A stretch of 64,000 bases of DNA, from assembly GCA_964016885.1 (NCBI GenBank), contig OZ024740.1:423708001-423772000 (forward strand), read 5' to 3'. The stretch's first letter is position 1. The number at the start of each line of letters is the position of its first letter. The DNA comes from Eledone cirrhosa (lineage: Eukaryota). A model generated the notes under the pieces. That model was not told where the DNA came from. It did not search any database and saw only the letters and a list, made by a program, of their open reading frames with translations. Made by a program: the position numbers and the translations under genes. Below are positions 45,001 through 53,570 of this stretch, piece after piece.

Positions 45001-47217
45001 TAATATACTCCAATCTAATTCTATATAAGACTGTAGTGGTATTCACTAATGTACTCCAATCTAATTCTATATAAGACTGTAGTGGTATTGTCTAATGTAC
45101 TCCAATCTAATTCTATATAAGACTGTAGTGGTATTGACTAATGTAGTCCAATCTAATTCTATATAAGACTGTAGTGGTATTGACTAATGTAGTCCAATCT
45201 AATTCTACATAAGACTGTAGTGGTATTGAGTAATGTAGTCCAATCTAATTCTATATAAGACTGTAGTGGTATTGACTAATGTACTCCAATCTAATTCTAT
45301 ATAAGACTGTAGTGGTATTGTCTAATGTACTCCAATCTAATTCTATATAAGACTGTAGTGGTATTGACTAATGTAGTCCAATCTAATTCTATATAAGACT
45401 GTAGTGGTATTGACTAATGTACTCCAATCTAATTCTATATAAGACTGTAGTGGTATTGACTAATATACTCCAATCTAATTCTATATAAGACTGTAGTGGT
45501 ATTCACTAATGTACTCCAATCTAATTCTATATAAGACTGTAGTGGTATTGACTAATGTACTCCAACCTAATTCTATATAAGACTGTAGTGGTATTGACTA
45601 ATGTAGTCCAATCTAATTCTATATAAGACTGTAGTGGTATTGACTAATGTAGTCCAATCTAATTCTATATAAGACTGTAGTGGTACTGACTAATGTAGTC
45701 CAATCTAATTCTATATAAGACTGTAGTGGTATTGACTAATGTACTCCAATCTAATTCTATATAAGACTGTAGTGGTATTGACTAATGTACTCCAATCTAA
45801 TTCTATATAAGACTGTAGTGGTATTGACTAATGTAGTCCAATCTAATTCTATATAAGACTGTAGTGGTATTGACTAATGTAGTCCAATCTAATTCTATAT
45901 AAGACTGTAGTGGTATTGACTAATGTAGTCCAATCTAATTCTATATAAGACTGTAGTGGTATTGACTAATGTACTCCAATCTAATTCTATATAAGACTGT
46001 AGTGGTATTGACTAATGTAGTCCAATCTAATTCTATATAAGACTGTAGTGGTATTGACTAATGTAGTCCAATCTAATTCTATATAAGACTGTAGTGGTAC
46101 TGACTAATGTAGTCCAATCTAATTCTATATAAGACTGTAGTGGTATTGACTAATGTAGTCCAATCTAATTCTATATAAGACTGTAGTGGTATTGACTAAT
46201 GTACTCCAATCTAATTCTATATAAGACTGTAGTGGTATTGACTAATGTAGTCCAATCTAATTCTATATAAGACTGTAGGGTATTGACTAATGTACTCCAA
46301 TCTAATTCTATATAAGACTGTAGGGTATTGACTAATGTACTCCAATCTAATTCTATATAAGACTGTAGTGGTATTGACTAATGTACTCCAATCTAATTCT
46401 ATATAAGACTGTAGTGGTATTGACTAATATACTCCAATCTAATTCTATATAAGACTGTAGTGGTATTGACTAATATACTCCAATCTAATTCTATATAAGA
46501 CTGTAGTGGTATTGACTAATATACTCCAATCTAATTCTATATAAGACTGTAGTGGTATTGACTAATGTACTCCAACCTAATTCTATATAAGACTGTAGTG
46601 GTATTGACTAATGTAGTCCAATCTAATTCTATATAAGACTGTAGGGTATTGACTAATGTACTCCAATCTAATTCTATATAAGACTGTAGGGTATTGACTA
46701 ATGTACTCCAATCTAATTCTATATAAGACTGTAGTGGTATTGACTAATGTAGTCCAATCTAATTCTATATAAGACTGTAGTGGTATTGACTAATGTACTC
46801 CAACCTAATTCTATATAAGACTGTAGTGGTATTGACTAATGTACTCCAATCTAATTCTATATAAGACTGTAGTGGTATTGACTAATGTAGTCCAATCTAA
46901 TTCTATATAAGACTGTAGTGGTATTGACTAATGTAGTCCAATCTATTTCTATATAAGACTGTAGTGGTATTGACTAATGTACTCCAATCTAATTCTATAT
47001 AAGACTGTAGTGGTATTGACTAACGTACTCCAATCTAATTCTATATAAGACTGTAGTGGTATTGAGTAATGTACTCCAATCTAATTCTATATAAGACTGT
47101 AGTGGTATTGACTAACGTACTCCAATCTAATTCTATATAAGACTGTAGTGGTATTGAGTAATGTACTCCAATCTAATTCTATATAAGACTGTAGTGGTAT
47201 TGACTAATGTAGTTCAA
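1..47217. repeat. Satellite DNA array, 46-bp monomer, about 1,030 head-to-tail copies, truncated by the window start
   Basis: ATATAAGACT recurs at 1, 47, 93 and onward. Consensus ATATAAGACTGTAGTGGTATTGACTAATGTA[C/G]TCCAATCTAATTCT, about 30% GC. Variation is limited to point substitutions, a recurrent 45-bp variant (GTAGGGT) and a rare 44-bp variant (AGACTAGTGG). The array ends abruptly at ...GTAGTTCAA|GCTAC. Confidence 0.99.
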
Positions 47218-47444
47218 GCTACATTTACATGTACTTTATATGAAAATGTGTTGCCATGACTCCTGTTTGTGCTAGTGTGACCAATGTAACAATTTTTCTT
47301 ATAATGTTCACAACTTCATGTTTGTATTGAAATGTATATATCACATTATATCATCATCATCATCATATATATATATATCACATTGAAATTTATATATCCT
47401 GACTGGAATGTGCTTATGCCTTGAAACAAGAGGCAGGGTATTCA

Positions 47445-47650
47445 TATAAAATGGCCATATCCGGCCAGAATTCTCTCACCTCTTTCTGCTCAAACTGGCT
47501 GTAACTGGTCACACATACTGATGTTAAGGTATTGTTCTCAAAATAAATAACATCAAAATCTCAATGATTCAATATTATGTGAGATTATTATGTGAGATAA
47601 AGACTTTACCAAGAAAATATAATAGAGTAATGTAAATTCTAAAGGGTTAA
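47445..47650. mobile_element. Degraded non-autonomous DNA-transposon (piggyBac-like MITE) remnant, right end only
   Basis: Ends in ...TCTAAAGGG followed by TTAA (47647-47650), the AGGG+TTAA terminus typical of piggyBac-superfamily elements. No matching left TTAACCCT end is visible. Confidence 0.4.
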
Positions 47651-47699
47651 TGCCTGTGTTTGATCTGTGGTGTTGAGTGTTGGGCTCTTAGGATTGAGG

Positions 47700-48046
47700 G
47701 CACATTGTGACTGGAGAGAAATGAAAATGCTGGATATGTGGTGGTAAAATGTTAAAAAGTGTCTACATGGTATCTCTCTACCAAAAATTAAAGATACCAG
47801 CTCTCGACTCAGTTTTAAGATCATAAAAACTGAGTTGGTTTGGACAAGTGAACTGTAATGGTGGGTGAATACATTGATGTATTAAGATTGTGGCCCCTTG
47901 TAGACAGGGAAGGGATGCCCATGTAAGACCTATGAAGAATTAATCAGGTATGATCTGAAAGCCTGGAAACTGAACCAAACACTTTGGAGAGATGCTTTGA
48001 AAAGTAAAGAAGACATTAAAACAGACAACAATGGTGATGATGATGA
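47700..48046 (+). mobile_element. Old, highly decayed RTE LINE 3' fragment
   Basis: Broken translation LSWFGQVN...GCPCKTYEELIRYDLKAWKL...LWRDALK mirrors LRWYGHVMR...GRPKKTWDEVIKAYL...LWRHAV of the LINE at 51630-51830. Ends in a (GAT)n tail at about 48034-48046. Confidence 0.6.
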
Positions 48047-48462
48047 TATACACATACACACACACACACACTCATATATATATATATTGTTATACTTGGG
48101 GAGGGTCATATTGTAATAATATTGCCAGAAATAATAACAGAACACTGTTTGGTTGGTTTTCGCTTCTGTATCTTTTATATCTCCACAGTTAATTCCTTTG
48201 GTCCTCAATGTTTATCATTGACTGACCAATGGTAAAAAATACAGATATAAACACATATATATAGTCAAACAAAGTTCTTTCGTTGCACATCTGCAACATC
48301 ATCAGTGGTACTATTATGTTCCTCCTGTTGTACTGCATGGCTACGCCATTTTTATTGTATCTGTTTATTTATTTATTTATTTTTATCTTTTTCTCTGCGC
48401 ATGCATTTGCATGTGTATTATATATATATATACATCATATGTATATATACATATATATATAT

Positions 48463-48600
48463 ATAGGAACGAGTAGGACCCCGATGGCTGAGCTCAAGCC
48501 GTTTCGACGGCTAATTCTGGACTAAAAATACTACCCTAAGTATTGAGTACTTTGGTGCGTTATGGTCCACCTGGTTCCTTACCACATTTCCTTTGTTATA
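48463..48600 (+). mobile_element. Short Penelope-like pLTR fragment with a 5' inversion
   Basis: 48529-48600 is the reverse complement of 49433-49508, while 48463-48518 is a direct copy of 49518-49573. One half is therefore inverted relative to the contiguous copy. The inverted half carries the 3' part of a hammerhead motif. Flanked by (TA)n. Confidence 0.6.
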
Positions 48601-48823
48601 TATATATATATATATATATATATACGTATATATATATACATACATACATATGTATATATATAAATATATATATACATATATATATATATTCATATACATA
48701 TATATATATATATATAAATATACATACGTATATATATATATATATATATATATATACGGTGATGATGATATATACATATATATGTGTGTGCGTGCGTGTG
48801 TATGTATATATATATATATATAT
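48598..48823. repeat. (TA)n-rich microsatellite with CA/GT interruptions
   Basis: Read directly. It explains the YI-repeat ORFs. Similar tracts lie at 48417-48464, 49781-49856, 52135-52221, 59324-59413, 60272-60291, 61877-61924 and 62106-62138. Confidence 0.95.
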
Positions 48824-48824
48824 G

Positions 48825-49432
48825 TCCGGTCACCAGTTGGTGCTACTGGTAACATGTATCCCAGTACAACCTGTCTCATGGTCGTGTCGTTGGCGACTAA
48901 ACTGGCAACCTAACAAAGGTTTCTTGGTGAGGAGGGTGACTTTGGACATCCTGCAGGACTAAAAACAAAACCTGTCAAAGTGCAAAGGAGCTCTTAAGAG
49001 TCAATGGCCATCCAAAATCACCGGGAGAGATGACCCCTTAGCCTTTGTCAAGTCAGAATTCTAGGAGAAGGAAAACTCTGATATAACACCTGTAACTCTG
49101 ATGGTATCCAATGATGTTGACTTGTTCTTCTTTTTGGTAAATATCACCTTGGTTAAGAGAGTGGGACTGGCTTTATGCAGTGCCTTTGCTCACTATAAAA
49201 GCTTCACAGCACAGGAATTGCTTTATATCTGGAGATCTCTCTGCACTTGTCGTCACATGGTACCATGGGCCCAGCACTATGTGTCAATAATTGTCACAGG
49301 TGTAGTGTTTGTACCAGAGTTTTCAAGTCGCTGGCTGGACTAAAAGTCACACTTGTTTAGCGCATCGGTAGGGGTAGTCCTAATATGTATAGAAAGTAGT
49401 GGCCGTACTCAAAAACGAGTTGGCAGCCACCA
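48825..49432 (+). mobile_element. Non-autonomous, internally deleted RTE-BovB-like retroelement (5'-UTR-like part plus C-terminal remnant and 3' stem-loop)
   Basis: GGAGAAGGAAAACTCTGAT (about 49064-49082) resembles RTE 5'-UTR motifs. 49295-49350 translates HRCSVCTRVFKSLAGLK(frameshift)SH, matching the terminal C2H2 finger of RTE-BovB ORFs. A 3' stem-loop GCCgtACTC-AAAAAC-GAGTtGGC (49402-49424) precedes a (TA)n tail. Confidence 0.55.
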
Positions 49433-49573
49433 TATATATAACGAAGGAAAAGTGGTAAGGAACCAGATGGACCATAACGCACCAAAGTACTCAATACTTA
49501 GGGTAGTAGAGTGGGTAATAGGAACGAGTAGGACCCTGACGGCTGAGGTCAAGCCGTTTCGACGGCTAATTCT
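49433..49573 (-). mobile_element. Penelope-like pLTR fragment (same family as 48463-48600), contiguous copy
   Basis: Minus strand reads AGAATTAGCCGTC-GAAA-CGGCT..AGCCG-TC-AGGGTCC...TATTGAGTACTTTGG...TTCGTTATATAT. High identity to both halves of 48463-48600. Confidence 0.6.
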
Positions 49574-49587
49574 TTTCAAAAGTAGAA
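49533..49587 (-). ncRNA. Hammerhead ribozyme motif, probably chimeric (U3-A8 core variant, GUC cleavage triplet)
   Basis: Minus strand: TACTT-TTGAAAA-GA(ATTAGCCG)TC-GAAA-CGGCT(TGACCTC)AGCCG-TC-AGGGT. Stem III is strong (6 bp including A15.1-U16.1), stem II has only 2 bp, stem I is weak. Confidence 0.5.
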
Positions 49588-49626
49588 TTGAGATGGAGCC
49601 TCCATCTCAATTCTACTTTTGAAAAG
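49572..49626. repeat. Perfect inverted repeat, 27-bp arms with a 1-nt spacer
   Basis: CTTTTCAAAAGTAGAATTGAGATGGAG (49572-49598), C, CTCCATCTCAATTCTACTTTTGAAAAG (49600-49626). Confidence 0.97.
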
Positions 49627-49780
49627 CACAAGAACTGCGAAACCAGTAAAGGAACCAAATAAATATATTTAAAAAAAAAAAGACTCCAGTTGCATTTTCG
49701 ATTTCATTTTTTTTCTTATACTTTCACTCGTGTAGGACACCTCGTTTTTTTTCATTTTGTAAAAAAACCTCACTTTCTAA
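49600..49780 (+). mobile_element. Penelope-like pLTR fragment related to the 3' end of the element at 60294-61877
   Basis: Hammerhead, then AATAAA (49658-49663), then GCATTTTC...ACTCGTGTaggACACCT..TTTTTT. The same order of motifs is seen in the reverse complement of 60294-60480 (GCATTTTC...ACTCGTGTgtcACACCT..TTTTTT). Confidence 0.65.
49611..49654 (+). ncRNA. Minimal type I hammerhead ribozyme motif (PLE-type, U3-A8 variant)
   Basis: TTCtaCTT-TTGAAAA-GCA(CAAGAAC)TGC-GAAA-CCAG-TA-AAGGAA. Stem I is CTT/AAG plus TTC/GAA. Stem III ACCAGT looks like a CpG-decayed ACCGGT palindrome. Confidence 0.65.
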
Positions 49781-49919
49781 TACATATATATATACATACA
49801 TATACATACGTATATATACATATGTATATATACATACACACATATATATATATATACCAACACTGTTCGTACTGCCCTCTTTGTTATTGGTTTTGTTTTT
49901 TTGTTTTTTACTTATATAA

Positions 49920-51870
49920 GTATACTTAGCTAGAAGGGAAGCAGAGGACAGAAAATTCAAGCATGTTTTGCAATGTGAGGACCAGAAACAGGAGGTGTTC
50001 AAGATTGCGAGGCAGTGTGTCAGAGAGAATTGTGATTTCATTGGAGAGAAGTGTATCCGGAATGATAAAGGTGAGCTTGCCCTCACAAGTGCCGAGAAGA
50101 AAGCTGCACGGAAGAGCCATTATAAAAGATTACTAAACGAGGAGAATGCATGGGAAAAAGAGACCCTACTCCAAGTGGACCCTATAGAGGGGCCAGCAGT
50201 ACAAGTCAGCAGCAGCGTAGTAAGTAAGGCAATCAAAGATATGAAGACAGGGAAGGCAACCAGTCCATCGGGTATAGCTGCCGAGATGCTGAAGGCATCT
50301 GGGTTGGTAGGTCACACCATAACCACACGAATTGTTAACCAGGTAATACTAGAGACTATCATACTAAAGGATTAGTGCAGCAGAATCATTGTCAACTGCT
50401 ACAAAGGTAAAGGTGATGTACTAGATAGAGGAAACTATAGAGGTTTCAAGCTGATGGACCAGGTCATGAAAGTAACCGAAAGAGTTATAGCACAGTTGAT
50501 TAGGGACCGGGTGAAACTAGATGAGGTGCAATTTGGGTTTGTGCCAGGAAAAGGCACCACTGATGACCTCTTCCTTGTGAGGCAGTTACAGAAAAAGTAC
50601 CTAGCTAAAAGTAAACTGCTCTACTTGGCATTCGTCGATCTCGAGAAAGCTTTGACAGAGTTCCACGTGCTATAATCTGGTGGGCGCTTAGAAAATTAGG
50701 AGTAGATGAATGGCTTGTGAAGCTGTACAAGCCATGTATAGGGGAGCAGTCAGCAAGGTTAGAGTTAACAATGAATATAGCGAGGAATTTAGCATACAGG
50801 TTGGTGTCCACCAGGGCTCTGTTCTTAGCCCTCTTCTGTTCATTATAGTTGTGCAGGCAATAACGGAGGAGTTTAAGACTGGATGCCCATGGGAACTCCT
50901 GTATATGGATGATCTCACACTTATAGCTGAATCCATGGTGGAACTAGAGAAGAAATTCCAAACATGGAAGCAGGGACTAGAAAGAAAGGGTCTTAAATTC
51001 AACCTGACAAAGACTAAGGTTCTTGTAAGTAGACGAGAAAACAGAACCCAGATTTCCTAAGGGAAATGGCCTTGCTCAGTATATAGGAAAGGTGTAGGTA
51101 GGAACTCCATCCTCTACCCCAAATGTAAACAATGGGTACACAAGAGATGTAGTGGGATCTCAGGAAGTTTAACTAAGAATGTAGGCTTCATATGTAGCAG
51201 CTGCGCTGGGACAGCAAGCAGCAAGTGACCACAGGAAACAAGCACACTAAACTGGGGGGGGGGGGGGCTCTGTAGAAACAGTAGACAGCTTCTGCTACCT
51301 AGGTGACCGAATTAGCAGCAGAGGTGGGTGTTTGGAAAGTACAATAACTAGAGAGAACGGGATGGAAGAAGTTCAGGGAGCTACTGCCACTGCTAGTTGA
51401 AAAAGGTTTTTCCCTGAAAATGAAAGGCAGACTGTATGATGCGTGTATACGAACAGCAATGTTACATGGAAGTGAGACCTGGACACTGTCTGTAGAAGAC
51501 TGTGCAGATTAGAAAGAAACAAAGCTTGTTCCGATGGATGTGTAATAGTAATATACGTGAACGGCAAAGCATAAACAAATTGAGAGAGAGACTGAGCATG
51601 AGAGGAATCAAATGCTGTGTGCAGGAGAGGCGGTTGCGTTGGTATGGACATGTGATGCGTATGAAGGATGACAGCTGCATAAAAAGGTGCAGAGCACTAG
51701 AAGTCAATGGAAACTGCGGAGTGGGGAGACCCAAGAAGACCTGGGATGAGGTGATAAAAGCTTACCTTACCCAATTACACCTCTCAAAGGCGATGACACA
51801 CGACTGTGACCTCTGGCGTCACGCAGTAATACAGAAGACTCAACCCCCTACAGGAACAAGCCAACACTGA
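49920..51870 (+). pseudogene. Disrupted reverse-transcriptase ORF of the RTE LINE (ORF pieces 49968-50375, 50454-50675, 50710-51060, 51502-51870)
   Basis: Premature stops at 50373-50375 (TAG) and 51058-51060 (TAA). Frameshifts near 50650, 50720, the G-run at about 51254-51267 and about 51510. Confidence 0.9.
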
Positions 51871-52120
51871 AGCATATAGAGAATATGCCCTCCCCCCTCC
51901 CCACTGCAAAGTGGTCGTGGAGGCGCCACGAAAAAAAGGCACCCAGCACTACCTGTAAATGAGGTTGGTGTTAGGAAGGGCATCCAGCTGTAGAAATCAA
52001 GCCAGAATTAGTTCCTGTATGAGCAAGACAAGGTCAGCCGACTGGACACTGCCCACAACAGGACAACCGTCTAACCCATGCTAACATGGAAGAACGGACA
52101 TAAAACGGTGATGATGATGA
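49920..52120 (+). mobile_element. RTE-clade non-LTR retrotransposon (LINE), 5'-truncated and inactivated, with 3' UTR and (GAT)n tail
   Basis: RT motifs across frames: NYRGFKLMDQVMKVTERVI, QFGFVPGKGTTD, AFVDLEKA(F)DRVPR, GVHQGSVLSPLLF, LLYMDDL (50902-50913), KFNLTKTKVL, FCYLGD, LHGSETW, ERRLRWYGHVMR, GRPKKTW. No APE endonuclease domain remains. The tail is (TGA)4 at 52109-52120. Confidence 0.95.
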
Positions 52121-52163
52121 TCATCATCATCATTTATATACATATGTACATATACATACATAC

Positions 52164-52214
<51 letters not shown>

Positions 52215-52335
52215 TATATATAATTAAAGAAAAAATATCCGTATGAAAAATCTCTTCTTAAGAACTGTGATTTCAAGCTGGAACCAAAGAGACAAAATGG
52301 CAGAAAACACAAAGATAAATGGTTTCAGACTGTCT

Positions 52336-52706
52336 CTTGTGTGTGTGTGTGGGTTGTGCATATGCGTGGGTGTTTGTGTGTGGGGCATGTGTGTGTGCAT
52401 GCATGTCTGTGTGTATGGGGGTTGTGCATGTATGTGTGGGTGTTTTTATTGTGTGTCTGTGTCTCTTATGTGCATGTGTGTGGATCACTAAAGTGTGTGT
52501 GAGTGGATGTGTGACGATGTGTGTATGTCTGTGTTTCCTATATGTGTGTATATGTGGGTCTCATAAGTGTGTGTGCATTGGTGTTTGTGTGTGTGAATGT
52601 GTGTCTGTGTTTGAGTGTGTATGAGTGTATGTGTATATGAGTGTATATGTGTATATGTGTGTATGTTTATGTGTGTGTGTTTATGTGTGTATGTTTATAT
52701 GTGTGT
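52336..52706. repeat. Degenerate (GT)n-rich simple repeat
   Basis: Read directly; source of the CV/HT-repeat ORFs. Confidence 0.9.
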
Positions 52707-52807
52707 ATAAGATATTGAGTGAAGAGAATGTGGTGGCCTGAAGCTGGTAGTGGGGTGGGGGGGGGTGAATCATTGGTATGTGATCACAGACATTTTAGAT
52801 TGATATT

Positions 52808-53041
52808 TACACACACACAAATGCAGACACACACACACACAAACACAGACACATATACAAAAACAGATACACAGACATACACACACATACATACCACAAA
52901 CACACACACCTAAACACAGACACACACCTAGACACACACACACACACCTAGACACACACAGACATACACACACCTAGACACAAACACATAGACAGACACA
53001 TACACCTAGACAGACACACACACCTAGACACCCACCTAGAC
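52808..53041. repeat. (CA)n-rich repeat with recurring ACACCTAGAC unit
   Basis: ACACCTAGAC-like units occur repeatedly between 52923 and 53041. Confidence 0.85.
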
Positions 53042-53127
53042 ATGGTCAGAACATGTCCCTGCTGTGTCTCCATGTATTCTACAGTTTCTATGCACAACAA
53101 CTCACAGTAACGACCTTCAGTCTTTCA

Positions 53128-53570
53128 CCACATACACACATATTTACACATACACACATATTTACACATACACACATATTTACACATACACACATATTTA
53201 CACATACAAACACATTTACACATACACACATATTTACACATACATACATATTTACACATACACACATATTTACACATACATACATATTTACACATACACA
53301 CATATTTACACATACACACATATTTACACATACATACATATTTACACATACACACATATTTACACATACATACATATTTACACATACACACATATTTACA
53401 CATACACACATATTTACACATATTTACACATATTTACACATACGCACATATATACACATATTTACACATACACACATATTTACACATACACACATATTTA
53501 CACATATATACACATATTTACACATATATACACATATTTACACATACACACATATATACACATATTTACA
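53128..53570. repeat. 18-bp minisatellite CACATACA(C/T)ACATATTTA
   Basis: About 16 regular units to about 53420, then degenerate. The 18-bp period gives the THTHIF / MCKYVC repeat ORFs. Confidence 0.93.

Noticed and set aside
1-47217. CRISPR array or coding repeat interpretation of the 46-bp array
   Set aside because: Monomers are contiguous with no unique spacers, there are no cas genes, the context is eukaryotic, and the ORF track shows nothing of 60 aa or more.
1-47217. Telomeric repeat or tandem small-RNA gene array
   Set aside because: No TTAGGG-type unit, no Pol III A/B boxes and no recognisable tRNA, 5S, snRNA or spliced-leader structure.
48283-48962. ORFs rich in YI/IY
   Set aside because: Translations of (TA)n microsatellite, which lacks stop codons.
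50902-50913. YMDD motif suggesting a retroviral or hepadnaviral RT
   Set aside because: All surrounding motifs are RTE non-LTR type; this is most likely a variant or mutated YADD in a dead copy.
49724-51734. Minus-strand ORFs overlapping the LINE
   Set aside because: Antisense shadows of the RT coding sequence, with no independent motifs.
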